Source: Octopus sinensis (lineage: Eukaryota). From it: 64,000 nt of DNA. Both the position numbers and the translations under genes were made by a program. How positions within the stretch are numbered: the first letter of the stretch is position 1; each line of letters begins with the position of its first letter. Location of the stretch: contig NC_043002.1 in NCBI RefSeq assembly GCF_006345805.1, positions 558,001-622,000 of the forward strand. Reading direction: 5' to 3'. Shown here piece by piece: positions 1 to 12,281 of the stretch. The notes beneath the pieces are model-generated. The model saw nothing but the letters and a program-made list of their open reading frames with translations. It was not told the DNA's origin and did not search any database.

Positions 1-228
1 TTGTTGTTAGTTATATTGCAAGAGTTGGACTTGTATTTTTGGAAGTTTTAGTAGTTGTCTGACAGGAATTTGGAGTGGGTTGTACTATATGTTGTCATGT
101 AGATTTATTATTTTGTTGACAAATGTGACTGTCATAAATGGATATCTGATCCTTTAGAAGGTTTTCAAAGCTACTGGTGTGATGGCTAAATGAATCAACT
201 TGTTTTGTGCTTAATCTTTCTGAATGCC

Positions 229-450
229 CAAGGCGGTGAGCTGGCAGAAACGTTAGCATGCCGGGCAAAATGCTCAGTGGTATTTTGTCTGTCATTACGT
301 TCTGAGTTCAAATTCCACTGAGGTTAACTTTGCCTTTCATCCTTTCGGGGGTCGATAAATTAAGTACCAGTTGCATACTGAGGTCGATTTAATTGACTAG
401 TCCCCTCTCAGAAATTTTGGTCCTTCTGCCTAGAGTAGAAAAGAATATTT
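229..450 (+). mobile_element. tRNA-derived SINE, MetaSINE-like central domain
   Basis: A-box-like tgagctggcagaa, B-box gagttcaaattcc, then gcctttcatcctttcgggggtcgataaattaagtaccag. Confidence 0.7.
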
Positions 451-1236
451 CTGAATGGCCTAACCAAATTATTCCATTCAGCTTCTTGTCGGCTGAAAGA
501 CTGTACACATTGAGAGCAGCAAGAGATTGAATCACCAAATTCAACTGCATAAGCTCTAGTGAGGGGAGAGATGAATCAGGTATGATGAGCAGAGACCCTT
601 GCAGTAGTGGGAAAAGGGTAGATAGAAGAGGTAGCATGTGCTCACACACACACACAGAGGGAGTAAGAAGTTGACCTTGCTGCTTTTTAGCCCTAGGTCA
701 ATTCTGATGAGGAGAATCATATCTGATGTGTCCTTTCCTTCCTTTAATTAGAATTTTATGTAACAGCAGCAAGAATAAGGCATTGTAAAATTTAGTGGAT
801 ATCAAAAATAATATCAAAATTTACATGAATTATTTCCCTCACTTGAAGTGAAGGGAAGAGGGAGACTGAGGAAGACATGGGATGAAGTTTTGAAGACCAA
901 TCTGAAAACACTGAACCCTATGAAAGGGGTCACAGGGAACTGAGACATGTGATGCATTGCTGTACTTGAGAAGGCCCATCCACCACAACAGAATTGAGGT
1001 CCTAAAACCAAGGTGCCATGTAAAAAAGCATCTGTGATGGTGTCATATAAAATGTACCCAGTACACTCTGTGGAGTGGTTGGCATTAGGAAGGGCATCCA
1101 GCTGTAAAAACTAAGCCAAAACAAACTATGGAACTTGGGGCCCTGGCCTTACCAGTTCCTGTCAAGCCAACCAATCCATGTCAGCATGGAAAATGGATGT
1201 TAAATGATGATGATTTGACAATGAAGGAATAGGTAC

Positions 1237-1475
1237 CTGTAAGAATAAGTCTCAGACCATATTTCTCTGAAAGATGTGGGATTAAGAATAACCGGATGGT
1301 TGCTGTAGTATATACCAAGGAAAGCATTATCTTTCCTCTCAACACAGAACCAAGAATTTAAATCAAAACCTATGTTCAAGGACATTTGTGTTTCACATAA
1401 GTGAGCCAAGAGAATTTTCTCCATATCTTCTTTAGGACACTGATTAAAGTTTAATTCTTGGAAATCTTGGCAATC
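1237..1475 (-). CDS. TCTN2: Tectonic domain exon: [79 protein letters not shown]
   Basis: Acceptor ttttcttttaaag|GAT, donor AG|gtacct. 239 nt open. Completes CCCDS|DC. FCV...N.FLG.YY resembles the LCV..N.PFLGYFY segment recalled for TCTN2. Confidence 0.85.
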
Positions 1476-4400
1476 CTTTAAAAGAAAACAAAAAAACCAT
1501 TAAAATATTCGTATTGTTTGTTGTTAATGAAAAAAATTTACATTTTCAATACATATTTTATATCAATAAGTGAAATCTGTATCACTAAATCTCCCATGTC
1601 TCCTTAGCTTCCCTGCCTGCTGTTTCTACTAAACATCTCTTTCCTGCGCCTTCAGCCATTGTTCTCTCTCCTCTACTGCACTCCATCTTTAACTCCATTT
1701 GTCTGCTGTCACTCTCAATGCCTTTTACCATAATCAACACTGCACGGCCGCACCTATTTCCCTCACCATCCATCTTGTCATCACACTCTTATGAAACTCC
1801 CCCCTATACATCCCCCACCCCTGGCCCACTCACCCAATCCAATCCTCCAAGGCATGACTAACACCTCAGACGTAGGAAAACACTCCTGAATTGGAGATGC
1901 TCTCACTCAGGGGGAACAAAACCCAGGCAAACCAAATATGGCATACATCAAGAACACTGTTAGTTCTATCTAAAGACATAATATTCACATTTCCACATTA
2001 TATATTCATGATTTAATTATAAATTCAAAATGACCGACAAACTATCAAAGATAGTATGCTCTAACTTGGAATGCTAACGGATTGGGGTGTAGACGAGATG
2101 CTGAATCAAAGACATTCATGAATTTGACCTAGGTTTCGTCATTGAGTTGCTCATAGCCAAATGCAGCCGTTCAAGCGTTTTTGACACCTGGGCAGTAGCA
2201 TTCAAGTGTTTCTGGAAGCTGAACAAATGAAGTGAATCTAATCACACTAGAACAGCATCTAGGCAAGTATCCAACTAATACACCTGCAAACTTTCAGCCT
2301 GTTACATCAATTATTCTTGGAGATATTGTGACCTAAAGATTGCTACTCATAGTCAGAAATGTCATTTTGAGAAAAACACTGAAAATGGTTGATTTTACAA
2401 TGTCCAACTACACAAAGATAATATCCACATTTTGGTGAAATATTTTCAGTTTTGCACAGTCTAATAACGCCCAGAAGCATATCTTTTGCTATTTTCCTGA
2501 GATTTTGCTATCTGAAATCTGAGGTATTAGTCTTGCCTTAAAATGGTAAAATAAGTTTTAATGAAAAGTAAATTTCAAAATTAAATAAAAATAATTGAAT
2601 TTCTGGATTAGACCATCACAGAAAATCCCAATAACTTACAGAATCACAGCAACAATTGATGTCACACATCATCACTTTCAAATCACAAGAACATGGCACA
2701 AAGTTCTTACTTAGAGGGTCGATATTGTTTAACGCATGTGCTTCTAGTTGTACTAGAAAATAAAACAAACAAATTGAAAGAAAGCAAAAGGTAAGCTAGT
2801 CTGAGCATCCTTGAGGTCACTATTTCAAGACGTTGTAAAATTAGTATTAAAAGTAATGATACAAAGGACTTTAAAAGAAATCTTATTAAAATCATTGCAT
2901 TAATGACTTCAAATGAAATTTTGTTAACACATGAAAGAGAGAAATGTGTCTGCATGGCTGATGGTTCACTTGTACTAAACGAGGCTGCAAAGAGAGAGAG
3001 AGGTTTGGAGATGTCATTATGAAAGGTTGCTCAACAAAGACAATGTATGGGGAAAAGGAGTCTGCCAAATGTTGACCCAACAGAGGGACCAGCTATCCGA
3101 ATTGACAGTACCTTGGTAGATAAAGCAATTAAGAGTATGAAGACAGGGAAAGCCCCCAGCTCATCAGGAATCACCGCAAAGATGCTTAAAATATCTGGTG
3201 GTGTCGGCTATAGCCTAGTCACCCGCATAGTTAACCAGGTGATACAGGAAGGAGTCATACCCAATGACTGGTGTAGCAGCATAATAGTCAATTGCTACAA
3301 AGGTAAACGTGATGCATTAGATACAAATAATTACAGAGGTATCAAGTTGTTGGATCAGGTAATGAAGGTCACACAGAGAGTCGTAGCCCAACTAATTTGG
3401 GAGAGAGTCAGTTTAGATGAGATGCAGTTTAGGTTCGTGCCAGGGAAAAGCACCACTGATGCTATATTCCTGGTAAGGCAGCTGCAGGAGAAATACATAG
3501 CCAAAGATAAGCCCTTGTACCTGGCTTTCGTTGACATGGAGAAAGCCTCTGACAAGGTCTCCCAATCCCTTATCTGGTGGTCAATGAGGAAACTAGAGAT
3601 AGATGAATGGTTAGTGAGAGCCGTGCAAGCCATGTACAGGGACGCTGTCAGTAAGGCGAGGGTTGGCAACGAGTACAGTGAAGAATTCCGGGTAGAGGTT
3701 CAGTCCTCAGCCCCCTCCTATTTATCATAGTACTCCAGACAATAACAGAGGAATTCAAGACAGGATGCCCCTGGGAGCTTCTCTATGCTGATGACCTTGC
3801 TCTAATTGCCGAGTCACTATCAGAACTAGAGGAGAAGTTTCAGGTGTGGAAGCAAGGATTGGAATCTATGGGCCTTAGAGTCGACCTAGCTAAAACCAAA
3901 GTCCTAATAAGTAGGAAAGTAGACAAACCACAAATCTCTTTAGGTAGATGGCCTGCTTGATCTGTAGAAAAGGCGTAGGTAGAAACTCTATAAGATATAC
4001 CCAGTGTAAGCTATGAACACATAAGAGGTGCAGTAATATCAAAGGAAGGCTAACTGGGAAGATAGTTTTTGTATGTGGTAGATGCTCAGGAGAAATAAAC
4101 ACTGAAAATGTGCAGAGAACAACTTCCGCCACATTCCAGGGAGAAAAACTAGAAGTAGTTGATAGCTTCTGTTACTTAGGTGACCAACTCAGTAGCGGTG
4201 GTGGGGGGGGCACTGAAAGTGTAGCTGCTAGAATAAGAATAGCCTGGGCAAAGTTCAGAGAGCTCTTACCTCTGCTGGTGACAAAGGGCCTCAGGCTCAG
4301 AGTAAAAGGTAGACTGTATGACGCGTGTGTACGAACAGCCATGCTACATGGCAGTGAAACATGGGTCGTGACTGCTGAGGACATGCGTAAGCTCGCAAAG

Positions 4401-7400
4401 AATGAAGCCAGTATGCTCCGTTGGATGTGTAATGTCAGTGTGCATACTCGACAGAGTGTAAGTACCTTGAGAGAAAAGCTGGACTTAAGAAGCATTAGAT
4501 GTGGTGTGCAAGAGAGATGACTGCGCTGGTATGGTCATGTGGCAAGAATGGATGAGGATAGCTGTGTGAAAAAGTGGCACACTCTAGCGGTTGAGGGAAC
4601 ATGTGGAACAGGTAGACCCAGGAAGACCTGGGATGAGGTGGTGAAGCACAACCTTTGAACATTAGGCCTCACCAAGGCAATGACTAGTGACTGAGATCTT
4701 TGGAAATATGCTGTACTTGAGAAGACCCGGCCAGCCGAGGGAGACCATAACTTCATGGCCTATGCCAGGGGTATAACCAGCCCACTTATGCATACCTTTC
4801 CTTCATTGGACACTAAACTCTGCTTGCGGAGACCTGTTGAGGCCAGTGAAATCGAAATCAAATTCAATGACAGCACCATTTGACTGGCATCTGTGCTAGT
4901 GGAACGCTAAGAGCACCATCCAGGCGTGATTGTTACCAGGGCGGCTGACTGGCTCCTGTGCTGGTGGCACATAAAAAGCACCATTTGAGCGTGATCGTTA
5001 CTAGCCCCGCCTTAGTGGCACTTGTACTGGTGGAACGTGAAAGACAACATTCGAGCGAGGGCGTTGCTAGTGGCGCTGGACAGGGTCCTGTATAAATCAC
5101 CATTTGAGCATGGCCATCAGCAGTATCGCCAGACTGGCCCTTGTGCCGGTGGCACATAAAAGCACCCCCTACACTCTTGGATTGGTTGGCATTAGGAAGG
5201 GCATCCAGCTGTAGAAACTCTGCCAGATCAGATTGGAGCCTGGTGCAGCCATCTGGCCCGCCAGTCCTCAGTCAAACCGTCCAACCCATGCCAGCATGGA
5301 AAGCGGATGATGATGAAATTGCTTGCATAAGAATCTGTGGATTTTCCCTCTTAACTCGAAGCTTTTGACGAAATAGAGGAGGATATAGCATCACATGATG
5401 TGGACGACAACTTGAGGTTCCTATGAGAAAACCTGTTGAGGGCTACAGACCAGATCTGTGGATGGTGCAAAATTCCCTCTTGATGCAAGGTAATGTGGTG
5501 GTGGAACAATGTAGTTGACAGGGCCATTAGGGAAAAGAAACAGGCATGGAAGGACTGGAAGAATGGTGGTAGCAGAGAATTGTATCAGACTGCCAGAGGG
5601 GAAGTAGATAAGAAAATAATTTGCCAATGTTCTGCATCATGAAGACCAAACACTTGAAGTGTTTCGTGTTACAAGACAGTGTGTGAGAGAGAATCGTGAT
5701 GTCACAAGAGAGAAATGTGTTCGCATGGATGAAGGCTCACTTGCACTTAACAAGGCTGCAAAGAGAGAGGTTTGGAGACACCACTATGAAGGGTTGCTCA
5801 ATAAAGAGAATGAATGGGAGAAAGAGAGTCTGCCAAATGTCGACCCAACAGAGGGAACAGCTATCTGAATTGACAGTACCTTGGTAGATGAAGCAATTAA
5901 GGGTATGAAAACAGGGAAAGCCACTGGCCCATCAGGAATCACTATAGAGATGCTTAAAATATCTGGCGGTGTAGGCTATAGTCTTGTCACCCGTGTAGTC
6001 AATCAGGAGATACACGAAGGAGTCATACCCAATGACTGGTGTAGCAGCATAATAGTCAACTGCTACAAAGGTAAAGGTAATGCATTAGATACGAATAATT
6101 ATAGAGGTATCAAGTTGTTGGATCAGGTAATGAAAGCTACAGAGAGGGTCAAAGCCCAACTAATTAGGGAGAGAGTTAGTTTAGAAAGGTGCAGTTTGGG
6201 TACGTGCCAGGGAAAAGCACCACTGATGCTATATTTCTGGTAAGGCAGCTGTAGGAGAAATTCTGAGCCAAAGATAAACGTCTGTACCAGGCTTTCATTG
6301 ACATGGAAAAAGCCTTTGATAGGGTCCTCCAATCCTTTATCTGGTGGTCAATGAGGAAACAGTGGTTGGTAAGAGCTGTACAAGCCATGTACAGGGATGC
6401 TATCAGTAAGGTGAGAGTTGACAACAAGTATAGTGAAGAATTCTGGGTAGAGGTAGGGGTCCACCAAGAATCAGTCCTCAGCCCCCTCTTATTCATCACA
6501 GTCCTCCAGGCAATAACAGAGGAATTCAAGACAGGCTGTTCCTGTGAGCTCCTCTATGCTGATGACCTGGCTCTAATAGCTGAGTCACTACCAGAACTAG
6601 AGATGAAGTTTCAAGTGTGGAAGCAAGGATTAGAATCAAAGGGCCTTAGAATCAATCTAGCAAAAACCAAAGTCCTAGTAAGTAGGAAGGCTGTCAAATC
6701 ACAACACCCTTCAGGTAGATGACTCTGCTTGACCTGTAGAAAAGGTGTGGGTAGAAACTCCATAAAATGTACCTGGTGTAAGCTATGGACACATAAGAGG
6801 TGCAACAATATCAAAGGAAGGTTAACTGGGAAGATAGTTTTTGTGTGTGGCAGATGCTCGGGTGCCATAAACACCAAAGATGTACAGAAAACAAGATTTC
6901 ATCACATGCCAGGGGAAGAAACTAGAAATAGTTAATAGCTTCTGCTATCTAAGCGACCAAGTCTGTAGTTGGGTTGGTTGCTGTGAGAGTGTAGTGACTA
7001 GAGTAAGGATAGCCTGGGCAAAGTTGAAGGTGCTCCTACCTCTGCTGACAATTAAGGGCTTCTCGCTCAGGGTGAAAGGTAGACTGTATGATGCATGTGT
7101 GCAAACAGCCATGCTACATGGCAGTGAAACATGGGCTATGAATGCTGAGGACATGCATAGGCTCGAAAGAAATGAAGCCAGTATGATCTGCTGGATGTGT
7201 AATGTCAGTGTGCACACCCGACAGAGTGTAAGCACTCTGAGTGAAAAGTTGGGCATAAGAATCATCAAATGTGGTGTGCAAGAGAGGCGACTGTGCTGGT
7301 ACGGCCATGTGTTATGTATGAATGAAGATAGCTGTGTGAGAAAGTGCCACTCCTTAACTGTAGAAGGAACCTGTAGAAGAGGTAGATCCGGGAAAACATA

Positions 7401-8174
7401 GGATGAGGTGGTGAAGCATGATCTTTGAACGCTGGGCCTCACAGAGGCAATGACAGGAGACTGGGACCTTTGGAGATATGTTGTGATTGAGAAAACCTGG
7501 CAACTAAAGTGAGATGGCAGCCACACACGTTCAGCCCTGTTAAAAATACTCCTGATGTGTCGGGTGATATGATATGCTTGAGAAGACCTGTTGAGTCAAG
7601 TAAAACCAATATTGTAGCTGGCGCCCCCTGACTGGCTCCCGTGCACCATCCAAACATGATCGTTGCCAGGCTGACCTGACTGGCTCCTGTGCCAGTGACG
7701 CATAAAAAGCACCAGCTGACTGGGTCTAAATCCGGTGGACCTCTTATCGTACCATGTGGAAGACATGGTCTGTTGTCCTCCACAGGGGAAGGTCGCAAGT
7801 CGGCCGGACGTGGGGAGGTCACATGTCCAGTCTGATGTTAGGAAGGGCATCCAGCTGTAGAAACTTTGCCAGATGAGATTGGAGCCTGGTGCAGTTGCTG
7901 GCTCTCCAGACCCCAGTCAAACTGTTCAACCAATGCCAGCATGGAAAGCAGACATTAATCGATGATGATGATGAATTTAGTACACAGCACAGTGATGTAC
8001 CAAACAGATATAACTGTAGTTCATGGGGACTGTGTGGTAAGAAGCTTGCTTCCCAACCACATGGTTCCAGGTTCAGTCCCACTGCATGGCACCTTGGGCA
8101 AGTGTCTTCTACTATAGCCTCGAGCCAACCAAAGCCTTGTGAGTGGATTTGGTAGATGGAAACTGAAAGAAGCC

Positions 8175-8211
<37 letters not shown>

Positions 8212-11200
8212 GTTTAACGTCCGCTTTCCATGCTAGCATGGGTTGGACGGTTCAACTGGGGTCTGGGAAGCCCGAAGGCTGCACCAGGCCAGTCAGATGT
8301 GGCAGTGTTTCTACAGCTGGATGCCCTTCCTAACGCCAACCACTCCGAGAGTGTAGTGGGTGATTTTATGTGCCACCGACACAGGTGCCAGACGAGGCTG
8401 GCAGACGGCCACGCTCGGATGGTGTTTTTTTATGTGCCACCGACACAGGTGCCAGACGAGGCTGGCAGACGGCCACGCTCGGATGGTGTTTTTTTATGTG
8501 CCACCGACACAGGTGCCAGACGAGGCTGGCAGACGGCCACGCTCGGATGGTGTTTTTTATGTGCCACCGACACAGGTGCCAGACGAGGCTGGCAGACGGC
8601 CACGCTCGGATGGTGTTTTCTTATGTGTCACCGACACAGGTGCTAGACGAGGCTGGCGGACGGCCACGCTCGGATGGTGTTTGTTACGTGCCCTCAGCAC
8701 GGAGGCCAGTCATTGCGGTACTGGCTACGGTCACGTTCGGATGGTTTTCTTATGTGCCACCGGCACTGGTACCACATATATATATATATTATATATATAG
8801 GTACATGTATGTATTTGCATATCTATGTTTGTCCCCTCTCCATCACTTGACAACCGATGTTGGTGTGCTTACGTCCACAAAACTTAGCAATTTGGCAAAA
8901 GAGACCGACAGAATAAGTACTAGGCTGACAAACAATAATTTCTGGGGTTGATTTGTTCAACTAAAAGGTGGTGCTCCAGCATGGCTGTAGTCAAAACAAA
9001 AGAATAAAAGAAATACTTACAACTGATACTTGATATATTATATTCAACAGAAGGTTTTAAAGAGACAAATGCTTTGAAGGTTGCATTTATATTTGGTACC
9101 GAGACCACAAAGCAGTTCATTTCCACTGTTTCTTTTATGTCAACCTCTGCAATACTTGTTCTTCTTAGTTGTAATAATTTATAAAATGGTTCATTGTTAA
9201 CCTAAGGGAAAAAATGAGAATTTTTCAATAAAAATTATTTTGTAAACTGAAATGTAACTATTTTATCGTCAACACAGATATAAGATAATATATGAAGTTT
9301 GTACTGGTGTTTAGGATAAATCTGAGGGTGATTTGAATGTAAAACTCATTTTATTCTTATACCAATTTCTGCTCAATTTCTCCATCAACATGTCTTCTAT
9401 AACCCTAACAACAAATCTTATGACATGACAAGGATCTACCCCACAGACTTACCCTTTAACAAAAGGGTATGTATCCCACCCCAAATTGGCAGTGAAACAG
9501 AAGCAAAGATCTCCTTAGCTAGAAATAGACACCAACATATCTTAGACCGATACAACAAATCCACTAAAAAACATAGTGAGGAAGGGACCCACCAACTCAG
9601 TCCATCTGTTGACCAAGGCCTACAAAAACTAAAACAGCTGATTAGGGACAGAGAATTAGTGTGCCTGCCTACAGACAAGTCTGGCTGACTGTCAATGGAC
9701 AGCCCACAGAACCTGTCCAGACCATGCAACAACACAGCAGTAGCATGAGAGAAGTTGCACCACAAGAACAGGGAAGAGTGGAAAAACTCCTCAATGCACA
9801 CTCAATGGGAATGTGGTGCAACATACTCCAACCTATAAAAAGGATGGCACACAATTTCCAAAATCCAACAATGATGTTCCTACACTATACGGGTAACGCA
9901 AAGACCACAAACCCTACGTAAACCCCGTCACGGGGCCCCCAACCAGACCAGTTTGTGGAGCGAACATCTCCAGCAACCATAGACTGTCCCACTTCCTCTC
10001 ACAGGTATTGTGACCTCTCATAGAGATGTCTCCGGATGTCTGAGTGAGTATGGAAGGTCTTCTCAGTAAAATTAGTACTTGCAACCACTCCAACGACCTC
10101 ACAGGTTGTATAGTGGGTAGTATGGATGTAATTTCACTCTACCCATCTATAGACATAGATTTTGCTGTGGAGAAATGCATTCAAGCAATGTGTGAGAGTG
10201 AAGTGGAATTCCGTAAGGTCAACGCCAAGGAACTGGGCCTCCTCCTCAGACTATACTATGACAGTAACTATTTAGATGACCATGACCTTAGTAAATTCTG
10301 CCTCACCAGGTCACAGAAGGGAAGACCACCCACCATCACTTCAGCGGTGAAGAAAAGCACCACAGAGCGCTGGAGTGGCTGGACCGCACCCACCCAAAAC
10401 CCTGAGAACAACAATCAGGTGAAAGAAATGATTGCATATGCAATAGGGGCCAGCGTAAAAACCACCTTGAAAAACCACATAGTAAAGTTTAATAAAAAAC
10501 TATACATGCAGGTTCAAGGTGCAGCCAATGGTGTTGGTGTAGCTGGAGGTGTGGCTGGCCTCTTCATGACCTGGTGGGACAGAAAATTTAAACAAATGTT
10601 AACAGAACAGTCCATAACTCTTCTACTCTACAGTAGATATGTAGATGACATAAACATAATAGCCAGAACCAACTCTAGTGACGGTAATGTAGAGACTGGG
10701 AAGAATGTAATGGAGAGCATCCAGCAAATAGCTAACTCCATTCACCAAAGTATCAAGGTAACTATAGATTACCAAACTAAGCACCCTAACAATAGACTCC
10801 CTGTACTTGATACTGAACTTTGGTTAGAGACTGTGAACAATAGAGTGCAGCTCCTCCACTCTAATTACATGAAACCTGTAACTTCAAAATATGTTGTTCA
10901 CAAGAACTCAGCTTTGTTACACAACATGAAAATTAACATACAAATAGCAGACCTAGTTAGAATAATGAACAATGTGTCCCCACTATGCGAACCCTATGAA
11001 ATGAAGAAATATATACAGAACTTCATACACCGCATGCAGTTCTCTGGATATGATCAGAAAGATAGGGTTCGAGTATACAAGGGGGCTAGAAAGAAATTAG
11101 ATAACATTATACATAATGATACCAGTGGTACCTGCCCTAGATATAGAAACAAAGAATGGAATAGGATACAAAGAACTTGTGACAAGGCAAACAGGACGAA

Positions 11201-12080
11201 CACGTGGTATAAAAACGACAAATATCAAGGAGTGATGTTTGTAGAGGCCACAGCCTATGGAGAACTAGCCCATAGATTTAGGAAAGCTCTAAAGGAGACC
11301 AAACTAAAGATTAAGATTGCTGAAAAGCCAGGGAACTCCGTCAGATCACAACTATGTAGGATGTATCCCTTTAAGAATACCATATGCACCAATAATAACT
11401 GCATGGTATATAGGATTAACCCTGGCATTAACTGTAGAACTCAAAATGTAGTTTACAGCATAAGATGCTTTAGAAGGTGCTTGTAAAGACACAGCATAAG
11501 ATGCATAGAAGGTGCTTGTAAAGACATGAACGAGACATCAAGGAGCATTGCGGAACGAATAAATGAACATCTGAGACAATATGACAACAAAAAACAGTCC
11601 TCCATACTCTACCAACATACCAAAGACCACCATGGAGGCAACTTGACATCCGCATCTTATCCAAGCACCTAAAAGACCCAATACTCACACAAATACGGAA
11701 GTACGTCCTTATAAATGAAACTTCCCCAATACTAAATAGGAAATATGCATAGTAGATATCATACCCCTATGCCCACAGTTTACACGGGTAGAGTAGAATA
11801 GTTAATGGGCTGTTATGTAGATAGATGTATGTATGTGTGTGTGAGTGTGTGTGTGTATGCACATGTATTTTTTTTTTGTATGTAAGCATATGGAAATAAA
11901 CAGATCAACAGATAGGTAGATAGGTTATAAGAACAGACAAGCAGCACACATACGCAAATGGAGACTGAAACATGACCATATATACACACACACTTTACTC
12001 CACACAAGAACATATATGGATCCACGGATCCACACATATAGAGACGCACATCCATACATACGAACATGGTACATAGTTGC

Positions 12081-12120
<40 letters not shown>

Positions 12121-12247
12121 TGCACACACAAGGAGACAGAGGTGAATACATATACACACACATGCTCACAAACACACATACATAGAAAATACACAAACAC
12201 AGACATGCAAGATACATACACACACATATACATATGTACATGCATAG

Positions 12248-12281
<34 letters not shown>

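Noticed and set aside
95-204. Next Tectonic exon after 1237
   Set aside because: The phase-2 reading hits a stop after 29 codons and lacks the expected Y-x-x-G-D-P-like motif. A second candidate at ~455-545 was also unconvincing.
8366-8760. CRISPR-like array
   Set aside because: The units are contiguous with no unique spacers, and the context is a eukaryotic RTE UTR.
9880-10045. In-frame TGA codons in the Penelope ORF as selenocysteine
   Set aside because: A TAA and frameshifts occur in the same region, so this is ordinary decay. No SECIS was recognised.
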